Below, piece after piece: positions 54,472 to 64,000 of a stretch of 64,000 nt of DNA. Below the pieces are notes generated by a model. That model did not search any database and was not told where the DNA came from. It worked only from the letters and a program-made list of their open reading frames with translations. The position numbers and the translations under genes were made by a program. This stretch comes from Actinomycetota bacterium. GTDB taxonomy: Bacteria > Actinomycetota > UBA4738 > HRBIN12. The number at the start of each line of letters is the position of its first letter. The stretch's first letter is position 1. The stretch lies in NCBI GenBank assembly GCA_040902745.1, contig JBBDWR010000014.1, forward strand, positions 6,374 to 70,373, in the 5' to 3' direction.

Positions 54472-55173
54472 TCAGACGAGCTCGAGCACCTGCGGCAGCC
54501 GCTCGATCCGGGTGCCGTCCCACTCGTCGGCCTCGGGGCGCAACATCTGCGTGTCTCCCTCGCTCGTATGCCGGATCAGCACCGGCTCCATGCCGAGCGC
54601 CGCCGCCCCGGACAGCTCACCGTAGGCACCGTCTCCCACGTACAGACACCGGGAAGGCTCCACACCGAGCCGGTCCGTGCAGTAGCGGTAGATCTCCGGG
54701 TCCGGTTTGCGCAGACCCACCTCGCAGCTGAACACCTCGACGTCGACGGAACCGGCCAGCGGGCTCGTGCGCCACAACTCGGGAGTGTCGGGTGAACACA
54801 TGCTGATCAGCCCCAGCGGGTACCCCCACCGGCGAAGTTCGGAAAGCGTGTGGACCGCCTCGTCGTGCGGCCGGAACAGGCGCCGATAGAGCGCCCGACG
54901 CGGTTCGAGCGCCGAGACGATCCGTTCGTCGGATGCATCGACTTGGAGCGTACCGAGGATCTGGTGCACGTTGTCCTCGACCGTGCCGACCGTGCCGAGC
55001 TGGCGGTCCATCGCGGTCGCTTCCCATCCCTGCAGGAACGCATCGGGATCGACCCCGAGCATCCGAGCCGCCTCCGCCACGGCGACACGGAACTCCTCGA
55101 CACCGAACTCCGGCACCAGCGTGCCGAACAGATCGAAGATCACCGCGTCGTAGCGAAAGACGGACGTGTTCAT
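54472..55173 (-). CDS. HAD-superfamily hydrolase
   Basis: Start at MNTSVFRYDAVIFDLFGTLV (HAD motif I DxDGT). Motif IV GDGAYGE near the C-terminus. Confidence 0.75.
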   Translation of the reverse strand: MNTSVFRYDAVIFDLFGTLVPEFGVEEFRVAVAEAARMLGVDPDAFLQGWEATAMDRQLGTVGTVEDNVHQILGTLQVDASDERIVSALEPRRALYRRLFRPHDEAVHTLSELRRWGYPLGLISMCSPDTPELWRTSPLAGSVDVEVFSCEVGLRKPDPEIYRYCTDRLGVEPSRCLYVGDGAYGELSGAAALGMEPVLIRHTSEGDTQMLRPEADEWDGTRIERLPQVLELV

Positions 55174-55571
55174 CCGTCGAGATCCGCGGTGCGTCGATGC
55201 ACGCACGCGATCGCGTCTTCCACTCCGCTCGAGCCGTCGAACGCATCCGACGCGACGGGCTCGCCGCTCGTACCTGCGGCGAGGTCGTTGGCGGCTAGCA
55301 GCTCACCCTCGAAGGTCGCAGCCGTCGGATCGGTGTCGGTCGCGAAGACCGCCACGTCGGGTTCCACGGACACGAGATCGGCCGGGACGCCGACGAACCA
55401 CGCACCGGGGCCGCCCGATACCGCGGCGAACCGCGCCGACTCGGGAGGAAACCCTGCGTCGACCACGACGGCAACCGGCGCATCGACACACTCAGGGTCC
55501 TCTCCCGAACAAGACCCGGCCAACACTGCGATCACGCATACGATGAACATCCCGCGATGCGCTGCGATCAC
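55170..55571 (-). CDS. secreted or lipoprotein-like hypothetical protein
   Basis: 133 aa. N-terminal hydrophobic segment FIVCVIAVLAGSCSGE with a Cys after a lipobox-like LAGS. Acidic Asp/Ala-rich mature region. Confidence 0.45.
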   Translation of the reverse strand: MIAAHRGMFIVCVIAVLAGSCSGEDPECVDAPVAVVVDAGFPPESARFAAVSGGPGAWFVGVPADLVSVEPDVAVFATDTDPTAATFEGELLAANDLAAGTSGEPVASDAFDGSSGVEDAIACVHRRTADLDG

Positions 55572-56209
55572 TCCGTGCGCTCCGCCGCTCGATCGGCTCG
55601 GACATCCCAGCCGTCTTCCAGCACCGAGTACAGCACCGCGTCGTGGAAGCCCTCGGAGCTTCTCGTCCTGCTGCGGAGCACGGATTCCTGCGCGAATCCG
55701 AGGCGCTCTGGGACCGCTCGGCTGCGCAGGTTATCGACGGCGACGAGGATCTCGGTCCGGTGCAGGCCCAACGTCTGGAAGCCGTACGTGGTCAGCGCCG
55801 CGACCGCGCGCGTGACGAGGCCACGGCCCTCGTGCGAAGCGGCGATCCAATAGCCGATCTCACCAAGCCTGTCGAGCGGCTCGAACCTCCCGAATCCCAT
55901 CGAGCCGACCGGCCGGTTCCGATGCCATAGCACGAGCGCGAGGCTGCGTCCCTCGGACGCCTCGAGCCGGGATCGTTGCAGGAACGCGAGCTCATGCTCG
56001 ACCTCCCGCGTGAGATCGACCCAAGGCAGCCAGGCGGCAAGCCGCTCCCGGTCGGCGTCGATCAGCTCGAACAGGGGGCCGGCGTCCTCGTCTCGGGGCG
56101 CGCGCAGCTCGGTCGATCCGTCGACCGCGACGACCGGCGCACCGGGTTCGTGCTGCATGGAGCGCCATGATGCCACGCGGTACCATCCGTTGGTCATGCC
56201 GAAGTCCAA
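55568..56209 (-). CDS. GNAT acetyltransferase (RimJ/RimL-like)
   Basis: 213 aa. GNAT motif A region HEGRGLVTRAVAAL. Alternative start at 56197. Confidence 0.65.
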   Translation of the reverse strand: MDFGMTNGWYRVASWRSMQHEPGAPVVAVDGSTELRAPRDEDAGPLFELIDADRERLAAWLPWVDLTREVEHELAFLQRSRLEASEGRSLALVLWHRNRPVGSMGFGRFEPLDRLGEIGYWIAASHEGRGLVTRAVAALTTYGFQTLGLHRTEILVAVDNLRSRAVPERLGFAQESVLRSRTRSSEGFHDAVLYSVLEDGWDVRADRAAERTE

Positions 56210-56471
56210 GCCGCGTCAGACGAAGAAGCAGAAGGTCGCCAGGCCTCGCAGCGCTTCGCAGCGCTATCAGCTGGAGCCCGACCGCAAGCAACCGCGCAAG
56301 GAGAGCCCCCGCTGGTACGGGCCGGCCCTGATGGCGCTCATGGGGATCGGCGTCGTGACCATCGTCGCGAACTACGTGTTCGGGATCGAGGGCACGGCGA
56401 GGAACCTCTATCTGTTCATCGGCCTCGGCCTGATCGCCCTGGGGTTCATCGGCACCACCCGCTGGCGCTGA
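56196..56471 (+). CDS. crgA: cell division protein CrgA
   Basis: 91 aa. MPKSKPRQTKKQK... basic N-terminus then two TM helices (WYGPALMALMGIGVVTIVANYVF, LYLFIGLGLIALGFIGTT). Typical CrgA architecture. Confidence 0.85.
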   Translation: MPKSKPRQTKKQKVARPRSASQRYQLEPDRKQPRKESPRWYGPALMALMGIGVVTIVANYVFGIEGTARNLYLFIGLGLIALGFIGTTRWR

Positions 56472-56643
56472 CCCTCTCGGACCTCGCGAATCACATCGGT
56501 GTTCTTTTCCACGGTGTTCTCCCCAGATGGGGGAAATCACACGCTTGTGATCCGCCGTTCATCGTCCGCTCGGTCTGTGGGAAACGGGGGTCCATTCACC
56601 GGCCGGACTGTGGAGAACCCTGGGGAAAAGGCGGGATCGCAGG

Positions 56644-56916
56644 TCAGGAAGCCGGGGCGGCCCCGCGAGGGCGGCGCACGACCTGCATACGCTCTCCGCA
56701 GTGTCGGGGGATCTGCAGCTCACCGATCCGGGTGACCTGGAACTCCGTTCCGCAATCCGAGCAGACCAGGAAGACGTCGAGCTCCTCAACGTCCTCCGCG
56801 TCCTGCTTCTCCCGCGCGGGCGGGCCGACGGAGATCCCCCGGATCACGCCGATCCCGACCCGCCAAATGAGAACGGCCACCACCAGCGCGAGCGGCACGG
56901 TCACCCACCACGGCAT
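56644..56916 (-). CDS. small membrane protein with C-terminal zinc-ribbon
   Basis: 90 aa. N-terminal TM helix MPWWVTVPLALVVAVLIWRV, then CSDC...HCGERM four-ligand ribbon. Confidence 0.5.
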   Translation of the reverse strand: MPWWVTVPLALVVAVLIWRVGIGVIRGISVGPPAREKQDAEDVEELDVFLVCSDCGTEFQVTRIGELQIPRHCGERMQVVRRPRGAAPAS

Positions 56917-57016
56917 GCCGTCAGGGTACGTCTCGCAAGCAACGGGTAGCCGAGGACCCCTCCGACGTGCCAGGATGTGCGCCGCACGCGCCACAGGCGA
57001 AACGGAGGTGGGAGCC

Positions 57017-58252
57017 ATGGAGCTCTTCGAGGCGGTGCGAGGGTTCTTCTTTCAGGCGGCCGATCGCTTGGGCTTGGACGACAGCACCCGAACGGTGCTC
57101 TCGAGCCCTCGTCGCGAGGTCGCGGTGCAGGTGAAGGTCCCTCGCGATGACGGATCGCTCGACGTCTTCCCCGGATGGCGCGTGCAGTACAACGGCGCCC
57201 GGGGCCCTTTCAAGGGTGGATTGCGCTTCCATCCCGACGCTTCACGGGACGAGTTCCGCTGTTTCGCCGCGCTGATGACCTGGAAGACGGCGCTGGTCGA
57301 CATCCCGTACGGAGGCGGCAAAGGCGGCATCCGAGTCGACCCGAAGTCACTGTCGGAGGGCGAGCTGGAGCGGATGTGCCGCTCGTTCGTCCGCGGGATC
57401 GCTCCGGTGATCGGTCCCGAGCAGGACATCCCCGCCCCCGACGTGAACACCGGTCCGCGCGAGATGGCCTGGATGACCGATCAGTACTCGCGATTGGTCG
57501 GTCGTGACTCTCCCGCCGCCTTCACCGGCAAACCCGTCGAATACAACGGCTCGCTCGGGCGCGACGCCGCAACGGGCCGCGGCGCAGTCGTGTGTCTCGA
57601 CCGGCTCGCGCACGCGCACGGCTGGGCCCGAGGAGATATCCGCATCGCGGTCGAGGGCTACGGGAACGCAGGGTCGTGGTTCGCGATCTTGGCGCACGCG
57701 CTTGGCTATCGGATCGTGGGCGTTTCCGATTCCCGGGGAGGGATCGCGCAACCCCAGGGACTCGATCCCCGAGCACTGCTCGACCACAAACGTGAGACCG
57801 GGTCGGTGGTGAGATTCGCGAACGCAGAGACGATCGACGGGGATGACATCATCGCGGCCGACTGCGAAGTGTTGGTGCCCGCGGCGCTCGAAGAATCGAT
57901 CCGCGAGGACAACTCCGAGCGGGTGCAAGCGTCGACCGTGCTCGAGGTTGCGAACTACCCCACCACGCCGAAGGCCGATCAGGTACTCGGTGAACGGGGC
58001 GTCTCCGTGATCCCCGACATCCTCGGCAGCGCCGGTGGCGTGGCCGTCAGCTATCTCGAATGGGTGCAGAACATCCAGCGAGAGCGGTGGGCGGAGGATC
58101 GGGTCAACGACCGGCTGCGCGAGCTGATGGAAGCGGCGACCGACGCGGTCATCGCACGCGCCGACGCGAATGGTGTGTCGCATCGGCAGTCGGCCTACGA
58201 GATCGCCGTCGAACGGGTGGGACAGGCCGAGCAGCGCCGCGGACGTCACTGA
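57017..58252 (+). CDS. gdhA: glutamate dehydrogenase (Glu/Leu/Phe/Val dehydrogenase family)
   Basis: 411 aa. Catalytic Lys motif PYGGGKGG. Rossmann motif GYGNAGS. Confidence 0.9.
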   Translation: MELFEAVRGFFFQAADRLGLDDSTRTVLSSPRREVAVQVKVPRDDGSLDVFPGWRVQYNGARGPFKGGLRFHPDASRDEFRCFAALMTWKTALVDIPYGGGKGGIRVDPKSLSEGELERMCRSFVRGIAPVIGPEQDIPAPDVNTGPREMAWMTDQYSRLVGRDSPAAFTGKPVEYNGSLGRDAATGRGAVVCLDRLAHAHGWARGDIRIAVEGYGNAGSWFAILAHALGYRIVGVSDSRGGIAQPQGLDPRALLDHKRETGSVVRFANAETIDGDDIIAADCEVLVPAALEESIREDNSERVQASTVLEVANYPTTPKADQVLGERGVSVIPDILGSAGGVAVSYLEWVQNIQRERWAEDRVNDRLRELMEAATDAVIARADANGVSHRQSAYEIAVERVGQAEQRRGRH

Positions 58253-58282
58253 CTGAGCGACACGGCACCGCGAACCAGCGCG

Positions 58283-59179
58283 CTACGCGCCCGCCTCGGC
58301 GCGGCGAAGCGCATCCTCGAATCCCATCGGCCGGATGTCGGGGAACATCGTGACCGCGGCGTCGCCCGTAACGACGAGCGGGACGGTCATCCCCTCGACG
58401 AGCGGACGGGCCACCGCCGTCGAAACCGAGGTCGTAACGCCGCACCAGATGCTGGACAAGCGAGGGGATAGGAACGGCACTTCGACCATCACCCGGTGCT
58501 TTCCGTCCCTATCGGCCACGCTCTTGAGCATGTCGCGGTAGGCGAGGACGTCGGCGCCGCCGATGTCGACGACGGTGTGGTGATCGGGCAGGTCCACGCT
58601 CCGTCCCGCTGCCAGGTAGTCGAGCACGTCGTCGATCGCGATCGGCTGCGACGGGGTGCGGACCCATCGAGGAAGCACCATCGCCGGAAGGCGGCGGACC
58701 AGGTCGGTCATCATCCGGTACGAAGCGCTCTGACGTCCGATCACCATCGCGGCGCGGAACTCCAGCACCGAGGGGCCGGCGGCGGCCAGTTCCCGCCCCG
58801 TCTCCTGACGGCTCTCCAAGTGCTCGGACAGCGCCGCGCCCGGCGGACCGAGCCCACCCAGATAGATCACGCGATCGATGCCGGCCCGCTTCGCCGCGGC
58901 ACCGAACGCCCGAGCGGCGTCGCGATCGGCTTGAGCGAAGGCTTGGGTGCCCGGCTCCATCGAGTGGACGAGGTAGTAGGCGACATCGATCCCCGCGAGG
59001 GCGGGAGCCAGACTCTCGTGGTCGCGTACGTCTATCCGAACCGCTCGAAGATCGGGGAACCGTCGGCGCAACTTGCGAGGGTCTCGACTCGCCACGACGG
59101 GGTGCTCTCCATCGCGCACCAGGCGCTCGGTCAGCGAACCGCCGATAGCGCCGCTGGCGCCTGTGACGAGGATGTCCAT
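58283..59179 (-). CDS. NAD(P)-dependent epimerase/NmrA-like SDR family protein
   Basis: Start MDILVTGASGAIGGSL (GxxGxxG). Atypical SDR fold length, about 300 aa. Confidence 0.75.
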   Translation of the reverse strand: MDILVTGASGAIGGSLTERLVRDGEHPVVASRDPRKLRRRFPDLRAVRIDVRDHESLAPALAGIDVAYYLVHSMEPGTQAFAQADRDAARAFGAAAKRAGIDRVIYLGGLGPPGAALSEHLESRQETGRELAAAGPSVLEFRAAMVIGRQSASYRMMTDLVRRLPAMVLPRWVRTPSQPIAIDDVLDYLAAGRSVDLPDHHTVVDIGGADVLAYRDMLKSVADRDGKHRVMVEVPFLSPRLSSIWCGVTTSVSTAVARPLVEGMTVPLVVTGDAAVTMFPDIRPMGFEDALRRAEAGA

Positions 59180-59221
59180 GCGCTCATCATGCCCTGTTCG
59201 GCTGGGTCCCAACCGTCGGGT

Positions 59222-61063
59222 TCAAGCAGGAAGAGCGATCCCGGGGACATGTCGCGCGACGAACTCGAGCCGAACGCGTTGTTGCCGCACGCGCTCGTCG
59301 ATCACGAACGAGGAGTGGCCGGTGTCGTAGCGGTACACGTCCGGGGGGTGTCCACGCTCGGTCAACGCAGCGATGTAGTTGTCGATCTGCCGGATCGGAC
59401 ACCGACTGTCGTTGGCTCCCGCGAGGATCAGCAGCGGCGTCTTCACGTTGTCGACGTAGGTGATCGGCGAGCGCTCCTCATACTGCTCGCGCAACTCCTC
59501 CGGCCCGGCGCCGAACAATCCGCGGTCCATCGCCTGCAGCGCGGGGGCTTCGTCCTCGTACGCGGCCACGTAGTCGGCAACGGGAACCCCGGCTGCCGCC
59601 GCAGCCCACCGATCGGGGTACATGCCGATCCCGAGTAGCGTCAGGTAGCCACCCCACGAGTCGCCGGCGATCACCGCGCGCGCGGGATCCGCAGTGCCGG
59701 AGGCGATCAGGTCGTCCAGCCCGGCGATAAGATCTTCCATCTCGGTGAAGCCGGGATCGCCGATGATCGCGTCGCGCCATGCGGCGCCGTACCCGGTGGA
59801 ACCGCGGTAATTGACCAACGCCACCGCGAACCCGGCATCGACCCACGCCTGAACCCCCGGTGCCCATTCGTCGTACCACTGCCAGGTGGGCCCGCCGTGG
59901 ATCTCCATCACGAGCGGGAAGGGTCCTTCGCCTGCGGGCGTCGCCACGAACCCGTGCACGCGCTGCCCCTTGGGGTTGCGGAACTCCCACGATCGGTACG
60001 CCGCACCATCGGGACCGCGTTCCGCGTCCGGTTCGAGGACGACCTCACCGTCGGTCGTCGCGACGCGGGACGAATGTGACCCTGCCGAGAAGCGCTTCCA
60101 CACCTTTCCGTCGGGGCGCACCCGCGCGGCGGAGACGACGCCCTCGGCGTCCCCGACCTCGCTCACGTCCCCTGAGGGGACCTCCACGCGAAGCAGCTGA
60201 TCTCCGCCGTCGTGGGAGATCGACACGAGGATCGCGCTCGAGTCGGGGAACCAGTCCCAGACCTCCGGTACTTCACCCGGGCGATCGATCGACAGGTCGA
60301 CGCGCTCGCCGGTGACGGGGTTCCACACCCCGGGCCGCTGCAGGTCCGCGCGCTCGTGCACGATCGCGAGGCGTTGGTCACCGCGTACGGGGCTCCACGC
60401 GAAGGGGGTGAGCCCCTTGTTCTCGCCGTCCCAGAGATCTGCCACGACGCTACCGGTGCGCACGTCGAACACTCGCAGTGCAGGGTGCAGCGGATCGCCG
60501 TGCTCGGCGTGCACCACGCACGCCAACGACCCGTCTGCCGACAACCCGCCATTGTTGAACCCGGGGATCTCCGAGCCGCCCAGCCCCGCAGCCTCATCGT
60601 GTCGGTACAGCTGTTTCGCCGGCGCTGCGTCGACCGAGACGTAGACGGCGAACCCGTCGCGTTCCCCTTGACCGACGGCGACGACGCCCTCGCGGATCGC
60701 CAGGCCCGACGGCCATCCATCGGGGATCCCATCGACCAGCAGCTCCGGCGCTCCGCCTTCGAACGGTGCGACGAGGTAGTGGCCGAACTCGTCTCCCGTG
60801 TCGTCGAGGAACCAGACGATGGAGGCACCGTCGGGGGTGGGAGAGCCTTCGTGCAACCCGACCGGATCGTCGGTGATCTTGCGACGCTCGTCCACAAGGC
60901 GATCCCACGCCCACAGCTGCCAGGAGCCTCCTTCGTTGGACGCGAACACCAGGCGGTCGGGAGCGTCCGGAGACCAGGCCGGCAATCCGACGGTGGGCGC
61001 TCGGAACCGCCGTTCCCAGGCGAGCATATGTGGGTCGGCGCTCATGGCGAGCGAGAGTAGCAT
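59222..61063 (-). CDS. S9 family serine peptidase (prolyl oligopeptidase/acylaminoacyl peptidase) with N-terminal beta-propeller
   Basis: 613 aa. N-terminal WD40/TolB-like propeller. C-terminal alpha/beta hydrolase with GDSWGG (GxSxG) and downstream D/H catalytic residues. Confidence 0.85.
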   Translation of the reverse strand: MLLSLAMSADPHMLAWERRFRAPTVGLPAWSPDAPDRLVFASNEGGSWQLWAWDRLVDERRKITDDPVGLHEGSPTPDGASIVWFLDDTGDEFGHYLVAPFEGGAPELLVDGIPDGWPSGLAIREGVVAVGQGERDGFAVYVSVDAAPAKQLYRHDEAAGLGGSEIPGFNNGGLSADGSLACVVHAEHGDPLHPALRVFDVRTGSVVADLWDGENKGLTPFAWSPVRGDQRLAIVHERADLQRPGVWNPVTGERVDLSIDRPGEVPEVWDWFPDSSAILVSISHDGGDQLLRVEVPSGDVSEVGDAEGVVSAARVRPDGKVWKRFSAGSHSSRVATTDGEVVLEPDAERGPDGAAYRSWEFRNPKGQRVHGFVATPAGEGPFPLVMEIHGGPTWQWYDEWAPGVQAWVDAGFAVALVNYRGSTGYGAAWRDAIIGDPGFTEMEDLIAGLDDLIASGTADPARAVIAGDSWGGYLTLLGIGMYPDRWAAAAAGVPVADYVAAYEDEAPALQAMDRGLFGAGPEELREQYEERSPITYVDNVKTPLLILAGANDSRCPIRQIDNYIAALTERGHPPDVYRYDTGHSSFVIDERVRQQRVRLEFVARHVPGIALPA

Positions 61064-61096
61064 CGCAGGACCGAACCGAAGGGCGAAGGAGGCGAG

Positions 61097-62395
61097 GTGT
61101 CGGGAGGCAACAAGACGATCGTGTTCTTCCCGGAGGGGGCTTTCGGGCCAACCAACAATTGCGTCGGGATCGGCGACGTGTTAAGGCGCCGCGGACATCG
61201 GGTGGTGTTCATCATCGAAGAATCGTTCACCGGAACGCTTGCCGCGAAAGGGTTCGAGGAACGCCTGATGCGGCTCGCTCCGCCCCCCGCGGTCGAAGAG
61301 GTGCCGGGCCAATTCTGGAAGGACTTCATCCGCGAGACCGCACCGGAGTTCCGCAAGCCGACGATCGAACAGATCGGATCCTTCCTGGCACCGACCTGGC
61401 AGGCGCTGGTGGACGGGGCAACCTACGTCGATGAGCGCCTCCGGGAGATCTACGACGAGGTGCAGCCGGACATCGTGGTGGAGGACAACGTCGTGTCGTT
61501 CCCCGCACTGCCGGCCGCCGACGTTCCGTGGGTGCGGATCGCTTCATGCAACCCGGCCGAGATCACCGACCCGGCGATCCCCCCGGTCTTCTCCGGCTAC
61601 GCGACGACCGACCCCGCCGGATGGAAGGAGTTCTGGGCCGAATACGACCGAGTGCTCACGCCGATCGCGTCGGCATTCTCCGAGTTCTGCGTGGAGCGCG
61701 GAGCGCCGCCGCTCCCACCGCGCTCGTTCATCCACGAGTCTGAGTATCTGAACCTCTACGTCTACCCGGAGGAAGCCGACTACCGACGGCAGGAGCCTCT
61801 CGGACCGACGTGGCACCGACTCGACTCCAGCGTGCGGACCACCGACGAGCCTTGGCCGATGCCCCCCGAGTTCGGAGGCGACGGCCGGCTGATCTACCTG
61901 TCGTTGGGATCGCTGGCGTCGGCGGACGTTACGCTGATGAAGCGGCTCGTCGCGACGCTCGCGGAAACGCCACACCACTACATCGTGAGCAAGGGACCGC
62001 AACACGACCGATTCGCGCTGGCGGACAATATGCACGGAGCGGAGTTCCTGCCGCAGACCTCGATCCTGCCGAACGTCGACCTTGTCATCACGCATGGAGG
62101 GAACAACACGGTCACCGAGGCGTTCCACTTCGGCAAGCCGATGATCGTGCTCCCGGTGTTCTGGGACCAGTACGACAACGCGCAGCGCGTTGACGAGCTC
62201 GGGTTCGGCGTCCGGCTTCCGACCTACGAGTTCGAGCCCACGGCGATGCACAACGCGATCGACGAATTGCTGGGCGGACGCCCCCGCCTCGATCGACTGG
62301 CCGAGATCTCCTCGAGGCTGCGAGCCGACCCCGGAACGACGAAAGCAGCGGACCTGATCGAGCGCGTCGCCGCCACGCGTGCGCCCGTGGGCTGA
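61097..62395 (+). CDS. family 1 glycosyltransferase (MGT/UDP-glycosyltransferase-like), second copy
   Basis: 432 aa. C-terminal sugar-nucleotide motif HGGNNTVTEAFHFGKPMIVLPVFWDQYDNAQRVDELGFG. Divergently transcribed from the S9 peptidase. Confidence 0.8.
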   Translation: MSGGNKTIVFFPEGAFGPTNNCVGIGDVLRRRGHRVVFIIEESFTGTLAAKGFEERLMRLAPPPAVEEVPGQFWKDFIRETAPEFRKPTIEQIGSFLAPTWQALVDGATYVDERLREIYDEVQPDIVVEDNVVSFPALPAADVPWVRIASCNPAEITDPAIPPVFSGYATTDPAGWKEFWAEYDRVLTPIASAFSEFCVERGAPPLPPRSFIHESEYLNLYVYPEEADYRRQEPLGPTWHRLDSSVRTTDEPWPMPPEFGGDGRLIYLSLGSLASADVTLMKRLVATLAETPHHYIVSKGPQHDRFALADNMHGAEFLPQTSILPNVDLVITHGGNNTVTEAFHFGKPMIVLPVFWDQYDNAQRVDELGFGVRLPTYEFEPTAMHNAIDELLGGRPRLDRLAEISSRLRADPGTTKAADLIERVAATRAPVG

Positions 62396-62410
62396 GTTCG
62401 GGCTCGGAGA

Positions 62411-63088
62411 TCACTCGTTCTGGTCGGGCTTGCCGCTGCCCTGACCGCCACCGGCGGACGCGCCGCCTCCATGAGGCTCACCGCCGCTCGCGGGGGCGCC
62501 ACCCGAACCGGAGCCGCTGCCCGCTCCCCCCTTGGAGGAACCGCCAACGGGGTCGCCCAGCGACCCGCCGGACCCGCCACCGCTCTGACTTCCGTCGGAG
62601 CCGGAGGTGCCGCTCTTGTCCTGTCCACTGCCTTGACCACTGCCCTGACCGCCACCGACGCCGGCGCCTCTGCCCTGGCCCTGGCCGTTGCCAGGATCGT
62701 CGGGCCGTCCGTGTTCATCGCCGGACTGTCCGGGCGGCTCCTGCGATGCGGAACCACTCCCATCGGGCCGTCCGGGGTGGTTTCCGGCGCCGTCCGCGGG
62801 CCCGACGGATCCGGAACGATCGCCCGTCTCCCGTTCACGACCGGCCGCTCCCGATGATCCGCCCGGGCCCGCGATCCCTCCGTCGGTTAGGTGCACATCG
62901 CCACCGTCCGCGTCGTGGCCGTTGCCGTCGCGAAGGTGGTTCCCGTCGAGGCTCATCGCCTGCTTCGCGCTCTGCACGAGCTTGCCGAGATCGGCGGGGC
63001 TGGCTGCCGCGAGCGTGGTGCCGAGCAGGATCGCCACGGCGACGGACCCGGACATCAACGAGGAACCCCTGCGGGCAGGCTTCGCCAT
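62411..63088 (-). CDS. secreted Gly/Ser/Asp-rich low-complexity protein
   Basis: Start MAKPARRGSSLMSGSVAVAILLGTTLAAASPA (signal or anchor), preceded by GGAG. The remaining ~190 aa are GQGSGQGSG / GGSGG repeats, predicted disordered. The 63247 start adds a non-coding-looking N-terminus. Confidence 0.55.
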   Translation of the reverse strand: MAKPARRGSSLMSGSVAVAILLGTTLAAASPADLGKLVQSAKQAMSLDGNHLRDGNGHDADGGDVHLTDGGIAGPGGSSGAAGRERETGDRSGSVGPADGAGNHPGRPDGSGSASQEPPGQSGDEHGRPDDPGNGQGQGRGAGVGGGQGSGQGSGQDKSGTSGSDGSQSGGGSGGSLGDPVGGSSKGGAGSGSGSGGAPASGGEPHGGGASAGGGQGSGKPDQNE

Positions 63089-63207
63089 CGTCTCCACAGT
63101 GTCGACTCGTCCGGTCGGCCGTCCAAGCCCCGAATGGGTCCAGATCCACGTCGGCCGCGCTCCAGCGCCATGGGCGTCGAGAGTCGGGGGTGATTGGGTC
63201 GAACGTC

Positions 63208-64000
63208 CTAGGCGCCTGCCGTGCGCTTTGCCTGGATCGCCCGCCACACGCGTTCGGGGCTGGCCGGCATGTCAAGGTGCTTCACCCCGAACCGCGCGAG
63301 GGCGTCGACCACCGCGTTCTGCACTGCAGGGGTGGACCCGATCGTCGCGGCTTCTCCGATGCCCTTGACCCCCAGCGGGTTGTGCGGCGTCGGAGTCTCC
63401 GTGTGGGCGTTCTCGAATGAAACCAATTCCGCGGCGCTCGCCATCGCGTACGTCGACAAAGTCGCCGTGAGGGGGTTCCCGTCATCGTCGTAGACGACCT
63501 CCTCGAACAGCGCTTGCGCGATGCCTTGGGCAAGACCACCGTGCACCTGGCCGTCCACGAGCATCGGGTTGAGGATCCGTCCGCAATCGTCGACCGCGAC
63601 ATGCCGACGTAGCCGAACGTCGCCCGTCTCGGTGTCGACCTCGACAAGGGCGAGATGGGCGCCGAACGGGAAGGTGGAGTCGGATTGACGGAAGACTCCC
63701 GACGCCGCCAGCCCCTGCTCGGATCCCTCCCGCGATCCATCGCTCGCAACCGTCGCGAGTTCGGCCCACGACAGGCTGCGGTCGGGTGCACCCGCGACAC
63801 CGAACGCGCCGTCCGAGAACACGATGTCGTCCTGTTCGACCTCGAGTTCGTCCGCAGCGAGTGCCTTCGCTCGCTCGATCACCCGCCCGCTTTGCTCCCA
63901 GAGCGCGGAGCCGGCGAGCTGGAGCGAACGCGACGCGTAGGTTCCGTCCCCCTTGGGCACTCGCCCGGTGTCCGAATGTACGACCTCCACCGCCGCGAAC
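63208..64000 (-). CDS. molybdopterin-dependent oxidoreductase large subunit (XDH/CoxL family), C-terminal part; N-terminus beyond window
   Basis: C-terminal MoCo-binding domain motifs ([19 protein letters not shown]) typical of aldehyde oxidase/xanthine dehydrogenase a/b hammerhead-MoCo proteins. The ORF is open at the window end. Confidence 0.8.
   Translation of the reverse strand, partial: FAAVEVVHSDTGRVPKGDGTYASRSLQLAGSALWEQSGRVIERAKALAADELEVEQDDIVFSDGAFGVAGAPDRSLSWAELATVASDGSREGSEQGLAASGVFRQSDSTFPFGAHLALVEVDTETGDVRLRRHVAVDDCGRILNPMLVDGQVHGGLAQGIAQALFEEVVYDDDGNPLTATLSTYAMASAAELVSFENAHTETPTPHNPLGVKGIGEAATIGSTPAVQNAVVDALARFGVKHLDMPASPERVWRAIQAKRTAGA

Overview
High-GC (~70%) chromosomal segment that looks actinobacterial: CrgA, the FhaA-FhaB-PstP-RodA-PbpA-PknB division cluster beside tRNA-Leu, and an actinobacterial his operon order. 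Coding density is high and most genes are housekeeping. In order along the window: a minus-strand peptide ABC importer (SBP-DppB-DppC-DppD, ATPase runs off the window start); a 997-aa protein of eight tandem PAS/PAC repeats with no output domain; a secreted hypothetical protein; a DinB-family protein; serS; bactofilin plus DUF4446; the nickel-pincer cofactor genes larB-larC without larE or larA; a DUF5317 membrane protein and an orphan histidine kinase; an MGT-type GT1 glycosyltransferase whose TGA stop is followed in frame by a SHOCT-domain tail; a degenerate partial copy of the tRNA-Leu 3' half and an alpha/beta-hydrolase gene lying between that copy and the intact tRNA-Leu(CAG), which reads as a decayed integrated-element remnant; fhaA-fhaB-pstP-rodA-pbpA-pknB with no pknA; a 536-aa tandem ThyX-fold protein with altered active-site motifs; hisD-hisC-hisB-hisH-hisA-hisF-hisI, then a vapBC toxin-antitoxin pair between hisI and hisG; an ABC-2 exporter pair; isocitrate lyase; a flavin amine oxidase. 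The most interesting region is a translationally coupled corrinoid methyl-transfer cluster. It encodes a homocysteine S-methyltransferase-domain protein, a B12-binding corrinoid protein, an MtrH/AcsE-like pterin-binding methyltransferase, a RACo-type reductive activator with an N-terminal 2Fe-2S ferredoxin, DUF1638, and a non-pyrrolysine MttB-family methyltransferase. Together these look like a split, MetH-like assembly fed by a quaternary-amine or methylamine donor. After that come CoA-binding and CDF genes; the sulfur assimilation operon sirA-cysX-cysH-sirC-cobA behind a promoter region with two palindromes; GNAT and HAD genes; crgA; glutamate dehydrogenase; an NmrA-like SDR; an S9 peptidase; a second GT1; a Gly/Ser-rich secreted protein; and the C-terminus of a molybdopterin XDH/CoxL-like subunit. 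I found no CRISPR array, transposase or integrase. Many long antisense or alternate-frame ORFs in the six-frame track are GC-content artefacts.
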